Source: a plasmid. Taken from it: a stretch of 52,774 nt of DNA. The translations under genes were made by a program, and so were the position numbers. The notes under the pieces are model-generated. The model ran no database searches, was not told the origin of the DNA, and saw nothing but the letters and a program-made list of their open reading frames with translations. Positions 1 to 9,162 of the stretch are shown here, piece after piece; positions within the stretch are counted from its first letter, which is position 1, and each line of letters begins with the position of its first letter. The DNA lies in sequence record NZ_CP088248.1, one strand, 5' to 3'.

Positions 1-200
1 ATCTTTTTGTGATCGACGCTCGTGAACCACTCACGCCAGAGATAGCCCCATTGGCCGTACCAAGTGACGGCGCCAACGAGAGCCAAGCCGCCCAGCGCAA
101 CAGCTGCAAAGGTCACGAGCAGGATCGGCTCATGATAGGGGATAGCTTCGAGCGTCAGGCGCCCGAAGACAAGCTGCTGGAGATCGATGTTCGAGAACAT
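1..200 (-). CDS. cyoB: Cytochrome bo3 ubiquinol oxidase subunit I, N-terminal 66 codons (ATG at 200..198). The frame continues across the window junction into 52774..50971.
   Basis: Reverse-strand translation gives [66 protein letters not shown](I). This aligns with the E. coli CyoB N-terminus. The stop of cyoA lies 24 nt upstream. Confidence 0.85.
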   Translation of the reverse strand, partial: MFSNIDLQQLVFGRLTLEAIPYHEPILLVTFAAVALGGLALVGAVTWYGQWGYLWREWFTSVDHKK

Positions 201-223
201 GGGAATGCCCGTATCGGTCGATG

Positions 224-1402
224 CTAGCGGCCCTGGGGGGGCGCAGTGTTGAGCTGGGCCGGCGCAGGTGTCCGGTCGGCGCCCGGCAGGGCGTTGCCCT
301 GGCCCTGATCAGGCTCGGTTTTTGGCTTGTTGACCCCGTCCCGGCTCAGGGTCTGGTCGCGGGGATCCATGCCTTCCGGCTGGACTGAGCCTTGCGGCGG
401 ACGACCCGAGGCCGGGAAGGTGGCGCCCGAAGGCTCGGTGCCGGACTCCAGGCGACGGTTGTCGTAGTCGAGCCGCTTGCGGTTCTCTTCGCTGGCTCGC
501 CCCCCACCTCCAGCTCGGTCGATCTGGTGCATCTCGGTGACGCACATCAGGCCGGGTTCGGGGCACATGCCAAGGATGACGTCATAGATGCCGGCCTGCA
601 CGCTGCTGAAGAACCGAACCGGATCAGCCTCGCTCGGCTTCTCAAGCGCCAGGTAAGCCTCGCGGTTGAGGTTTGTGCCGGACGCTTTGGCCTTCGCAAC
701 CCACTCGTCGAAGCCTGCGGCCGGCAGGCTGCGGAAGCCGAAGTTCATCCGGGAGAACCCGGGTCCGCTGTAGTGAGCCGATAGCCCCCGAAACGTTCCT
801 TCCTTGTTCATGACAGCGTGGAGCTTCGTCTCCATGCCGGGCATGGCGTAGATCATACCGGCGAGCGCTGGGACGTAGAACGTGTTCCAGACAGAGGACG
901 ACGTGATCCTGAACGTGATCGGCCGGTCGACCGGCGCCGCCATCTCGTTGACGCTTGCAACCCCGTACTCGGGGTAGATGAACAGCCATTTCCAATCGAG
1001 GGCGACGACCTGCACCTCGAGTGGCTTGGTGTCGGCCGGGATCGGGCGGTTAGGGCCGAGGCGCGACAACGGCTTGAATGGGTCGAGTGTGTGTGTGGAG
1101 ATCCAGGTGATCGCGCCGAGTGCCATGATGATCAACAGCGGCACCGTCCAGATCACAACCTCGAGCTGGGTCGAGTGGTGCCAATCCGGATCGTAGGTCG
1201 CGTCTGGGTTCGAGGCACGATACCGGCGCGCGAAGATGAAGGTGAGCGCAATCACCGGCACAATCACCAGCAGCATGAGCGCGGTGGACACGATAATGAG
1301 GTTGCGCTGCTGTGTTGCGATGTCCCCGGACGGGTTCATGACAACCATGTTGCACCCGGCCAGCAGACTAGAGGCGGCTAGCACGGCTAGGCTTCGCAGC
1401 AT
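224..1402 (-). CDS. cyoA: Cytochrome bo3 ubiquinol oxidase subunit II (lipoprotein signal peptide, CyoA/COX2-like fold, C-terminal low-complexity tail)
   Basis: Strong similarity to E. coli CyoA throughout ([18 protein letters not shown] signal peptide with lipobox, [34 protein letters not shown]). The start was moved to the ATG at 1402, immediately before the signal peptide. The 1540 start would add 46 non-conserved residues. Confidence 0.9.
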   Translation of the reverse strand: MLRSLAVLAASSLLAGCNMVVMNPSGDIATQQRNLIIVSTALMLLVIVPVIALTFIFARRYRASNPDATYDPDWHHSTQLEVVIWTVPLLIIMALGAITWISTHTLDPFKPLSRLGPNRPIPADTKPLEVQVVALDWKWLFIYPEYGVASVNEMAAPVDRPITFRITSSSVWNTFYVPALAGMIYAMPGMETKLHAVMNKEGTFRGLSAHYSGPGFSRMNFGFRSLPAAGFDEWVAKAKASGTNLNREAYLALEKPSEADPVRFFSSVQAGIYDVILGMCPEPGLMCVTEMHQIDRAGGGGRASEENRKRLDYDNRRLESGTEPSGATFPASGRPPQGSVQPEGMDPRDQTLSRDGVNKPKTEPDQGQGNALPGADRTPAPAQLNTAPPQGR

Positions 1403-1543
1403 GCTGCTCACCCGCGGGCCTTGCGAGCGGCGGAGAGCAAAGGAAGGGCGAGACGGTGAGACCATGGGGCTTGCTTCATCATCTCTCGCCGGCGCGCGGG
1501 CTGGACGCGGCCGGATGGCGCGAGGGTGACCAGGGAGCACGGT

Positions 1544-2887
1544 TCAGACCTGCCGGATTTCTGAGCGCGAGCTGCCAAGCGCCAGCAAGGTCGTGATTGC
1601 ACCGGACAGCAGGTACAGACCCACGCAGGCGAGGCCGTAGCGGGCTGACAGAAACAGCACGATCAGGGGAGCGAACCCCGCTCCCAGCAGCCAAGCCAGG
1701 TCGCTTGTGAGAGCCGCTCCGGTGTAGCGGAAGCGCTGTTCAAGCCGGGACGTGACCGCTCCGGAGGACTGGCCGTAGGACAGCCCAAGCAGGGCAAAAC
1801 CCGCGTTGACATAGATCGTCTGCCCAATCGCGTTCTCTTCGACGAGCAGCGGCGCGATGATGCTGCCGAGAGCGAAGACCGCGATCAGGCCTGCCGTGAT
1901 CATCAGCAGCATGCGGCGACCGATCTGATCGGCGATGAGCCCAGAGGCCATGACCGCACCCGCGCAGATAAAGGCGCCCGAGCACTGGATCATGAGAAAC
2001 TCGCCCGGCGAGCGCTCTGTGAAGAGGTTGATCCAGCTGATCGGGAACACGGTCACGAGATGAAACAGGGCAAAGCTCGCCAGCGGTATCAGCGCGCCGA
2101 TGAGAAGCTCTCGTGAGTGGTTGCGGATCAGCGGGATGATGGGCGAAGGCTCAAGCCGCCGCTGCTCAAGGAGGCGGGAAAACTCGTCCGTCGCAACGAG
2201 CCGCAGGCGTGAGAACAAAGCCACAACATTGACGGCAAAGGCGCAGAAGAAGGGGTAACGCCAGCCCCAATCCAAAAACTCGCCATCTGTCAGGTTGAGC
2301 AGGAGGTATGAGAACATGACGGCGGCCACGATGAAGCCGAACGGCGCACCGAGCTGAGGGATAGCTGCATAGAAGCCGCGTCGTTCGATGGGCGCATTCA
2401 GCGCTAGCAGCGAGGCAAGGCCGTCCCAGGCGCCACCCAGCGCCAGGCCCTGCCCAATCCGCAGTCCAGCCAAGAGGTAAAGCGACCAAACCCCGATCTG
2501 CGCGTAGCCGGGCAGGAAGGAGATCGCCATCGTAGAAAAGCCGAGCAGAAACAGCGCCGTGGTTAGCTTTACGCCCCGGCCATGCCGACGATCGATGGCT
2601 GTGAAGACGGCTGTTCCAAGGGGCCTCGCGATGAAGGCGAGCGCGAAAATCGCGAAGGAATAAAGCGTTGCGGTCAGGGGCTCCAAAAAAGGCAGGAACA
2701 CCTTTGGAAACACCACCACAGATGCAATCGCGAACACAAAGAAATCGAAATACTCTGCCGTCCGGCCGATAATCACGCCGATCGCAATCTCACTAGGTGC
2801 GACCTTGTGATCAGTGTTCGCTAAACGGGCGTCGCGCTCCAGCGGATTGGAGGATGGATAAGGCCCTTCAACGTGATCGATCGCCAT
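1544..2887 (-). CDS. MFS transporter, metabolite:H+ symporter (MHS) family (ProP/KgtP-like)
   Basis: Twelve TM-like hydrophobic segments. The EYFDFFVFAIASVVVFPKVF motif aligns with ProP EWFDFGVYGFVAYALGKVF. Start placed at the internal ATG (MAIDHVEG...), which gives a ProP-like N-terminal length. Confidence 0.8.
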   Translation of the reverse strand: MAIDHVEGPYPSSNPLERDARLANTDHKVAPSEIAIGVIIGRTAEYFDFFVFAIASVVVFPKVFLPFLEPLTATLYSFAIFALAFIARPLGTAVFTAIDRRHGRGVKLTTALFLLGFSTMAISFLPGYAQIGVWSLYLLAGLRIGQGLALGGAWDGLASLLALNAPIERRGFYAAIPQLGAPFGFIVAAVMFSYLLLNLTDGEFLDWGWRYPFFCAFAVNVVALFSRLRLVATDEFSRLLEQRRLEPSPIIPLIRNHSRELLIGALIPLASFALFHLVTVFPISWINLFTERSPGEFLMIQCSGAFICAGAVMASGLIADQIGRRMLLMITAGLIAVFALGSIIAPLLVEENAIGQTIYVNAGFALLGLSYGQSSGAVTSRLEQRFRYTGAALTSDLAWLLGAGFAPLIVLFLSARYGLACVGLYLLSGAITTLLALGSSRSEIRQV

Positions 2888-3307
2888 CCGAAGTGTAGCC
2901 TGGGATAAGGGTTTCTTAGGGAATTTCGTCCAGAAACTGATTGCGCGCATAGGAGCGCACAGTGGCGTTCGCAGACGTGATGGAGCGGATGTCTATCCTT
3001 CGGCCTGATCTGCTCTTGCTGATGTTCGGCCTGCTTGGTGCGCTATCTTGCCGAGCGTGAACAGATGGCCGCCGTATCAACGGTAGTGTTCTGATGCAGC
3101 AAGCATGGTGATCCCCCTTAATCTGGCACCATGATCCTGCGAGCCAATGCGCGCATTGATCTGAGTCAAACGGGGCGGAAAACCTGCTGTTAGAGCAGCA
3201 GTTTCGGGGCAGCCAACCGCAAGCCGGCAGCGCGGCAGGCCTGCTCACCCACCTCATGCTGCCTTGCCAGTGCGGCGTAGCGCTTCTTCACAAAGATTGT
3301 TTTTTGG

Positions 3308-4063
3308 CTACCCGCCTTCGCTGATCGCCAGAAGACCCGGTCGATCCTGGAGAGTGACCGATCTTGCCGTCTTGTAGTCGATGAGCCCCTTCCGGCGCAG
3401 CCTTGTGAAGACACGGCTCACGGTCTCGATGGTCAGACCAAGATAGTCGGCGATGTCAGAGCGCGTCATCGGCAGCTCGAGATCCTTGCTAGAGCCCCCC
3501 AGCCGTTGAGATGCTTCCGCTCGCGCCAGGAGGAAGCGGGCAACCCGCTCGTCCGCCGTCAGACGGCCAAGCAGAGTCATGTGCTCCTGACCAGCTGCAA
3601 CCTCGTCAGATGCTACAGCGAGGAGACGACGCTCGAGCTTTGGATAGGTCTCCAGGAGGACGCGGAACTTGCCGCGCTCAAACCGGCACAGCCGAACGTT
3701 CGTAAGGGCTTCGGCACTGCAGGGCACGGCATCAGGGCGGCCAAAACCGATGAAATCGCCCACCGTCAGGAACCCAATGACCGCGCGACGACCATCAGCC
3801 AGGAGCTTGAACAGTTTCACCGACCCCGAGATGATGTTGAACAGGTACTCCGGTGAAGCACCCTCGTTCCGGAAGACCTCACCTGGCGCGAGCTCGACCA
3901 CCGTGGTTGCCCGGGCCAGTTCGCTGAGCTGATCCTCCTCGATTGCGTTGCAGATGCTGACTGCACGAGCTTCGCAGAGCCCACAGCGCTCAACGCCACA
4001 CCCCTGACCGCGCTCGATGCGAGCGCACGGTTCGGCTTTTGTGCCAGGAGGAACGGTGGTCAC
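3308..4063 (-). CDS. FNR-type (Crp/Fnr family) transcriptional regulator with N-terminal Cys cluster (probable O2-sensing [4Fe-4S] type)
   Basis: cNMP-binding-like domain plus C-terminal HTH (SRVFTRLRRKGLI). N-terminal CARIERGQGCGVERCGLC cysteine cluster as in FNR/FnrN. The GTG at 4063, preceded by AGGAA, gives 251 aa. The long-frame start at 4246 would add 61 non-conserved residues. Confidence 0.75.
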   Translation of the reverse strand: MTTVPPGTKAEPCARIERGQGCGVERCGLCEARAVSICNAIEEDQLSELARATTVVELAPGEVFRNEGASPEYLFNIISGSVKLFKLLADGRRAVIGFLTVGDFIGFGRPDAVPCSAEALTNVRLCRFERGKFRVLLETYPKLERRLLAVASDEVAAGQEHMTLLGRLTADERVARFLLARAEASQRLGGSSKDLELPMTRSDIADYLGLTIETVSRVFTRLRRKGLIDYKTARSVTLQDRPGLLAISEGG

Positions 4064-4504
4064 AGTCGTGTTCCTGATGAGACGGTGAAGGCTGAAGGGC
4101 GACCCATAGCCTTCCTGGATGTTTCCAAGCCCAACGGTAATCTGCGTTTCTGCGTTCAAGAAGGCTCGGTTTATGCACGCAACCGCCGAGCTAGCGTGCC
4201 TGCCTCCAGCAAGACGTGTGCGCCTCGGTTGAGAGCGAGCGGTCAAGAAGCCGCTGAGTCTACGCCGTCAGTCGGTTCGGGCCGGAAAACCGCCTTGTGA
4301 TCAGCCTTGCACACATTAGGCTGCGCAAGGATCGCCTGCAGCCTGTCGCTTTCATGCACGGGGAGGCAAGTACAATTCTAACCAGCGTGCCCTTCCGCAA
4401 ATGCCAGGCTCGGGTGCCGCGCGCGAGATTTCGCCACGAGACATTCCGTTCTGACTTGGGTAAGTAGGGCGGAGTCAGACATCGAGATACCAGGGGTAAT
4501 CATC

Positions 4505-4954
4505 TTGGAGAGCAATACGATCGGCGCCCTCTCTCGTGAGGATCTGCTCGAGCGCGCCGCCGAAATCGTCACCTCATATGTCGCCAACAATCGAGTTCCC
4601 GCAGCCGAGTTGCCCGGACTCATCCCAGCAGTCTATGCCAAACTTGCATCTCTAAGCATCACAGGCTCGGCATCTGCAGCCGAAGCCGATGTTAAGCAGG
4701 CGACCGCGGCGCAAATCCGCAAGTCGATCACGCCAGATGCCTTGATCTCGTTCATCGATGGCAAGCCCTACAAGACGCTGAAGCGGCACCTTGGAGTGCA
4801 TGGCCTCGATCCTTTCTCCTACCGTGAGCGCTATGGCCTTCCCTCGGACTACCCGATGACTGCTCCTGGTTATTCAACCATGCGATCTGCGCTGGCGAAA
4901 GAACTGGGTCTAGGTCGTACCGGCGGACGAGCGGAGAGGCAGGCAGCTGAGTAG
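4505..4954 (+). CDS. Ros/MucR family transcriptional regulator, with the zinc-coordinating cysteines replaced (Ser/Asp)
   Basis: Clear Ros/MucR similarity (ELPGLIPAVYAKL, KSLKRHL-like KTLKRHLGVHGL, DYPMTAPGY, LAKELGLG). In place of the CxxC of the C2H2 site it reads ISFIDGK. Confidence 0.85.
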   Translation: MESNTIGALSREDLLERAAEIVTSYVANNRVPAAELPGLIPAVYAKLASLSITGSASAAEADVKQATAAQIRKSITPDALISFIDGKPYKTLKRHLGVHGLDPFSYRERYGLPSDYPMTAPGYSTMRSALAKELGLGRTGGRAERQAAE

Positions 4955-5022
4955 CGAATTCGACTTGATCATAGGCTACGAGCTTGTCGTGTAGAGCGTA
5001 CCGAACTTCCAGCTCTCGCGTT

Positions 5023-5841
5023 TCAGAAGGTACGAGGTTGGGCTTCTGAAACGTGAGGGTGGGGACCAATGGCACGCAGCTGTTGCGAAGTGCTACGATC
5101 CCGTTCAGAGGCCATCTCGTCCAGTTGCAGGTAATTTGCCTTGAACTCAGCGATTTCCGCAAGGCGTGGCAAGTCAAGGATTGTAAAATGTCTACCTTTA
5201 CGCTCAATAAGGCCCGCACGCCTGAGTGTACCTAAGGAGCGATTGACGTGTACCGGTGTTATGCCGGCAGTGTCCGCCAGATCAACCTGCGTAATTGGCA
5301 GCAGGAACGTCTGGTCCTTGGTCAGCCCGACCGCGCGCAATCGCACGTACAGCTCGCAGAAAAGATGGGCGAGGCGCTCTACGGCTGAGCGGCAGCCGAT
5401 GTTTACAAGCCACGCACGTAAAGTCGCCTCATTGACGCGCGCTGCTGTTTGTAGCGCCTGCATCACGGCGGGCCGCCGCTGGAGATCTGCGACTATCCAA
5501 GGAGCAACCCACACGGCCCGGCATGTGGAAAGAGTGCCAATAGCATAATCCATTCTGTCGAGCCGCGACGTGGCGAGGTCACAGACATCGCCCGGTAAAA
5601 GGTAGGCGAGGATCTGACGCGTTCCATTCTCCCGCAACTTGTATTGACAGGCAAAGCCTTGTCCAATCACAAGCATGCCTTGTGGCCGGTCGCCCTCGCA
5701 GATGAGATCTTTACCTGCCGGGAAGAACTGTCCTGCGGTCTCGATCGCGGTGAGCGCAACCCTATCAGTTACCTGTAAAGGCGCAAAAGCCTCAAGCTTG
5801 CGTACGAGCGGCCCGTGCGCTCCCTGTCGCAGCAACTGCAT
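5023..5841 (-). CDS. Crp/Fnr family transcriptional regulator (no Cys cluster; FixK/Crp-like)
   Basis: cNMP-binding-like domain plus HTH (ADTAGITPVHVNRSLGTLRRAGLI). Start placed at the internal ATG 5841 (MQLLRQ...), which is preceded by GGGAGG at -7. The long-frame start at 6078 has no RBS. Confidence 0.75.
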   Translation of the reverse strand: MQLLRQGAHGPLVRKLEAFAPLQVTDRVALTAIETAGQFFPAGKDLICEGDRPQGMLVIGQGFACQYKLRENGTRQILAYLLPGDVCDLATSRLDRMDYAIGTLSTCRAVWVAPWIVADLQRRPAVMQALQTAARVNEATLRAWLVNIGCRSAVERLAHLFCELYVRLRAVGLTKDQTFLLPITQVDLADTAGITPVHVNRSLGTLRRAGLIERKGRHFTILDLPRLAEIAEFKANYLQLDEMASERDRSTSQQLRAIGPHPHVSEAQPRTF

Positions 5842-6123
5842 TTCGCGTCCTCCCTGCCCTTTAGGGACCGCGACCACGCGTACCAATTGAGCAGCACTAA
5901 CATAGGCGTAGGTTGTGACCTTCAAGCCGCTACGCCGCTTATCAACCTTTAAATTACAAGCGACGGAATCTGTTAGGGTAAGCCTTTCCTCCTCGGTTCG
6001 CGATGGAAGGCAATTCGAGCAGTTCCTTAGCCGTAGTGGAACAGTGCACAATCGAATCAGATAGGTTAACGACAACATTCGAAGTAAATGGCAGCGTGGC
6101 TATCTGGTTGTATGAGGCTGCCT

Positions 6124-6396
6124 ATGCTCTTCCACATTGATGTCGCAGATGGTGATATTATCACACGCGACGATGATGGTCTTGAGTTCTTCGATCTGAA
6201 TGAGGCCTGTGCGGCTGCTGTGTCGCTATTGCCCGAGATCGCGCGTGAAGCGCTGCATGGTCCTCGTCGCCGAGCTGCGATGATGCAGGCGCAGGAGCGG
6301 TATATCGCAGCGCTGGTCCGCGACGAGGCTGGCCATGTCCTGTTCCGCACACGGCTGAGGCTCGACATGGAGTGGCCGAAAAAACCTGAACTATGA
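6124..6396 (+). CDS. DUF6894-like small protein
   Basis: MLFHIDVADGDIITRDDDGLEFFDLNEACAAA... matches the DUF6894 pattern (MPxYYFxVxDG...DDEGxELPDLEAAR). GAGG lies 9 nt upstream of the ATG. Confidence 0.5.
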   Translation: MLFHIDVADGDIITRDDDGLEFFDLNEACAAAVSLLPEIAREALHGPRRRAAMMQAQERYIAALVRDEAGHVLFRTRLRLDMEWPKKPEL

Positions 6397-6401
6397 GGCT
6401 T

Positions 6402-6415
6402 TTGTTCGAGATCAA
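6402..6415 (+). promoter_or_regulatory. FNR/FixK-type box TTGTTCGAGATCAA (one mismatch to TTGATC-N2-GATCAA), about 80 nt upstream of the DUF2934 gene
   Basis: Dyad TTGTTC-GA-GATCAA read directly. Two Crp/Fnr-family regulators are encoded within 3 kb. Confidence 0.4.
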
Positions 6416-6497
6416 TAATTCGATCCAGACCGCTGCCGTATGCCTCGCCGCAGACATGGGATAAATGTTTCCGGTCGATGTTATAGAGCTCGTACCA

Positions 6498-6695
6498 ATG
6501 TCACAGGACGAACGTCCGATCACACCAGCTGAAATCCGGCAGCGCGCCTATGAGCTATGGGAGCGCAACCATCGTCCGGATGGTTTTGAAATCGAGTTCT
6601 GGCTCTTGGCTGAGCGCGAGTTGCGTGCCGAGCGTGGAGCCCAACGGCGCGATCAGGCCATGTCCCAAGATCTTGAAGTGTTCGAGATAGGCTAA
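6498..6695 (+). CDS. DUF2934 domain protein
   Basis: IRQRAYELWERNHRPDGFEIEFWLLAEREL matches the DUF2934 signature (RAYxxWEx-GRPxGxDxxDWLxAEREL). Confidence 0.6.
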   Translation: MSQDERPITPAEIRQRAYELWERNHRPDGFEIEFWLLAERELRAERGAQRRDQAMSQDLEVFEIG

Positions 6696-7207
6696 ATTGC
6701 CGCTGTCGGATCGTCCGTTTCGACCTGTAGTCCAGACGTTCATCTCATAACCGCTAAACTGCCGCTACTCACCCCATGAGGTCCTATATTTGTGCAATCA
6801 TGTATGTATGAAAAACAACCGTTTTCCAACCACTGTATTGGCACATAGGCTGAGAAACACGGTTCCGAGTACGCAGGCCTTCTGCCATCAAGCCGCGTAG
6901 ATATCCTTAGAGTAAGCGCGATGCTCCGCCACAGCTCCACGGCCGCGCCGGCGTCAGCGCGGCCGTGGAGCTGGGACTTGGATCGTAACCATCTGGCCGC
7001 GGATGGGGTCGAAGACGGTGATGGTCATCGTATGGGCTCCGCATCTGCGTGGGGGTGATCGTCCGGCTAACGCGTCTTAGCGTAACGGTTTCCGCGTCCT
7101 GTTCGGATGTGGTTGGCCCTTCGTTAAGTTTGACGGATCGGGTAGGTGGCGGCGCCGGCCCTCGGTCCTGGGATTGCCGGGGGAGAGGTCGGCGCCGCCT
7201 TGCCGGA

Positions 7208-7384
7208 TTACTCAGCGTCCGCGTCGTCAGCGTCCAGGATCGTCTCCAGATCACCCGTGAGCGCGTCGAGCTGATCCGCGGTCGCCCGGATCTTGAACTT
7301 CGTCCCGTCCTCTGCCTCCACGGCGATCTCGATGTGGTCCTCAACCTTTGCGGCGAGGGCTTGCTTGAGGGTGTAGGTGGTCAC
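7208..7384 (-). CDS. Possible small acidic protein (58 aa, GTG start), not in the supplied ORF track
   Basis: Reverse-strand ORF VTTYTLKQALAAKVEDHIEIAVEAEDGTKFKIRATADQLDALTGDLETILDADDADAE with coding-like GC3 bias. Lies just outside the ISL3 left end. No homolog recognised. Confidence 0.25.
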   Translation of the reverse strand: MTTYTLKQALAAKVEDHIEIAVEAEDGTKFKIRATADQLDALTGDLETILDADDADAE

Positions 7385-7394
7385 GTCTGGGTAT

Positions 7395-9046
7395 CGGCGT
7401 GGAAAAAGGGGTCTGGCGCACTCCTGATGCAGCCGGCGTCACCCAACGCCGATCAGCCGCGCTTCGAGCAGATCGAGCTTGGCCCGACCGAACATCTGTC
7501 GCTTCACGAGCTTGAGGCGAGTGATCTGCCCCTCGGTCTGGCCATTCGACCAGGGCTCGGCCAGCGCCGCGGCGACAGCCTTTCTGTCTCGCGACAGGCC
7601 GTTCGCGAAGGACGCGAGGAGGCTGCGAGCCGCCGTGTCGATCCAGGTGTCGAGGTCGTGTGTTCTCCGCTCGCGGATCATGGCCTGGAAGCCGGCCAGG
7701 AGAGAGCGCGCCTCGTCGAGCGCCGGTACCGCTGCCTCGATCGTCGTCACCGTCACGGCCTCGGCCTTGCTCAGGCCATCCCGCCCGGTCGTCATCAGTC
7801 GCGCGAGGAGGCGTGCAGAGGGTACCTTGCCGGGAGCACCCGCGGGGGACTGCTCATGGCGCCGACGGCGGGTCGCCCACTCTCCAACGACGCGGAGGCT
7901 GCCGGTGAACCCGCCGGCGCGCAGGCGTCGCCAGAGTTCGGCACCGTTGCGGCAGCCGGCCGCCCACTCGTCGTCGAGCCGGGGCAGGTAGGACTCCAGG
8001 CTGCTCTGGCGCGCCCGGAACACGTCACCGGTCAGGCCGCGCAACACGTGGCGCACGAGCCTGCGGCTGTGGCCGGTCGTGCAGACGATCTGCCGGATCG
8101 GCATGCCCTGTCGCGACAGCGTCAGTATCGCCTCGGCAGTCGCCGTGCGCCGACGGTAGCCCTCGTATTGCAGGCGCTCGGCGCAGGTCAGCCGATTGGG
8201 GTCGATCGTGGCGGCGCCCACCGCGACTCGGATGGCGTTCATCGACTTGCGCACGGCATCGAGGAAGGCGGCGCTGGCGTTCTCCATCAGATGCCAGCGG
8301 TCGGCGACCTGGATCGTCGTGGGCAACGCCCGCGCCGCGGCCTCGCCGTAGCCGCCGCCGCGGTCACGGGCGAGGACGGCGATCTCGGGATGGGCGGTGA
8401 GCCATGCCTCGACGGTGCCGCTCTCGCGATCCGGCAGGAGGGCGACGACGCGCCGCCGCTCCAGGTCGCAGATCAGCGTGCCGTAGCGTTGCCCACGGCG
8501 GAAGGCCCAATCGTCGATGCCGATCACGGTCAGGGTCTCGGCCGGCCTCTGGGCGCGGCGGCGCACGGTTCGCAGCATCGTGTCCCGGCTCGCCGGCACC
8601 ATCAGTCGGCGGGCGAAGCTCTCCGCCGGCCTGCCACCGAGTGCGAGGCCGAGATGATGGACGATGGTCTCCAGCCGTCCTGTTCGTCGGGCGTAGGCGG
8701 CGGCGAGGTCCGGTTCGAGCCGCTCGGCGAAGACCTTCGTCCGGCATTCCGTTCCGACGCACCGGAAGCGGCGGACGCTGATCGTGATGACGACGCGTCG
8801 GCCAGCGACCGGCAGATCCGATAGGGTGCGGATGTACCGGCTGTGCACACGGGACGAGATCCCGTCACACCTCGGACATCGGGCCGACGCGGCGGTCGGC
8901 CGAGCGGTGATGGTCAGACCCGCCCCCACCTCGATGTGATCGACGACAAGGCCGGGCGGAACGACAGAACCGAGATGAAGGCTGCGGGGCATGGCCGGAT
9001 CTCCGACGGCTGAAGCCGAGATCCATCAACCCGCCTGCACCGAAAG
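7395..9046. mobile_element. ISL3-family insertion sequence (boundaries approximate)
   Basis: Single transposase ORF with short non-coding flanks. The right flank abuts IS21 copy 1. Exact IRs not resolved. Confidence 0.6.
7439..8992 (-). CDS. ISL3 family transposase
   Basis: N-terminal zinc finger CPRC...C, DDE region, and the C-terminal motif NGQTEGQITRLKLVKRQMFGRAKLDLLEARL typical of ISL3 transposases. Confidence 0.85.
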   Translation of the reverse strand: MPRSLHLGSVVPPGLVVDHIEVGAGLTITARPTAASARCPRCDGISSRVHSRYIRTLSDLPVAGRRVVITISVRRFRCVGTECRTKVFAERLEPDLAAAYARRTGRLETIVHHLGLALGGRPAESFARRLMVPASRDTMLRTVRRRAQRPAETLTVIGIDDWAFRRGQRYGTLICDLERRRVVALLPDRESGTVEAWLTAHPEIAVLARDRGGGYGEAAARALPTTIQVADRWHLMENASAAFLDAVRKSMNAIRVAVGAATIDPNRLTCAERLQYEGYRRRTATAEAILTLSRQGMPIRQIVCTTGHSRRLVRHVLRGLTGDVFRARQSSLESYLPRLDDEWAAGCRNGAELWRRLRAGGFTGSLRVVGEWATRRRRHEQSPAGAPGKVPSARLLARLMTTGRDGLSKAEAVTVTTIEAAVPALDEARSLLAGFQAMIRERRTHDLDTWIDTAARSLLASFANGLSRDRKAVAAALAEPWSNGQTEGQITRLKLVKRQMFGRAKLDLLEARLIGVG

Positions 9047-9162
9047 TGAGTCAGAGCCGAAAAAGGACCCGGCTGAGGGGCTGATCGGCGTCCAATAGGG
9101 ACCCACCCCGCCCCCGTGCATCTCTTGCTCTCTACCGCTCACGGTCAGGGAGCCAGCCGGGG

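Noticed and set aside
9-227. 72-aa plus-strand ORF at the left edge
   Set aside because: Antisense to the conserved cyoB N-terminus. The product has no features.
4250-4504. TGTGATCAGCCTTGCACA upstream of the FNR-like gene as a CRP/FNR site
   Set aside because: Half-site spacing (TGTGA-N8-GCACA) does not fit CRP (N6) or FNR (TTGAT-N4-ATCAA) geometry.
7049-8824. 591-aa plus-strand ORF, and the other long ORFs antisense to the ISL3 transposase (for example 6907..7344, 7479..7991)
   Set aside because: Typical high-GC antisense shadow ORFs: low-complexity Arg/Ala/Gly/Pro-rich products with no domain. The opposite strand encodes a well-supported transposase.
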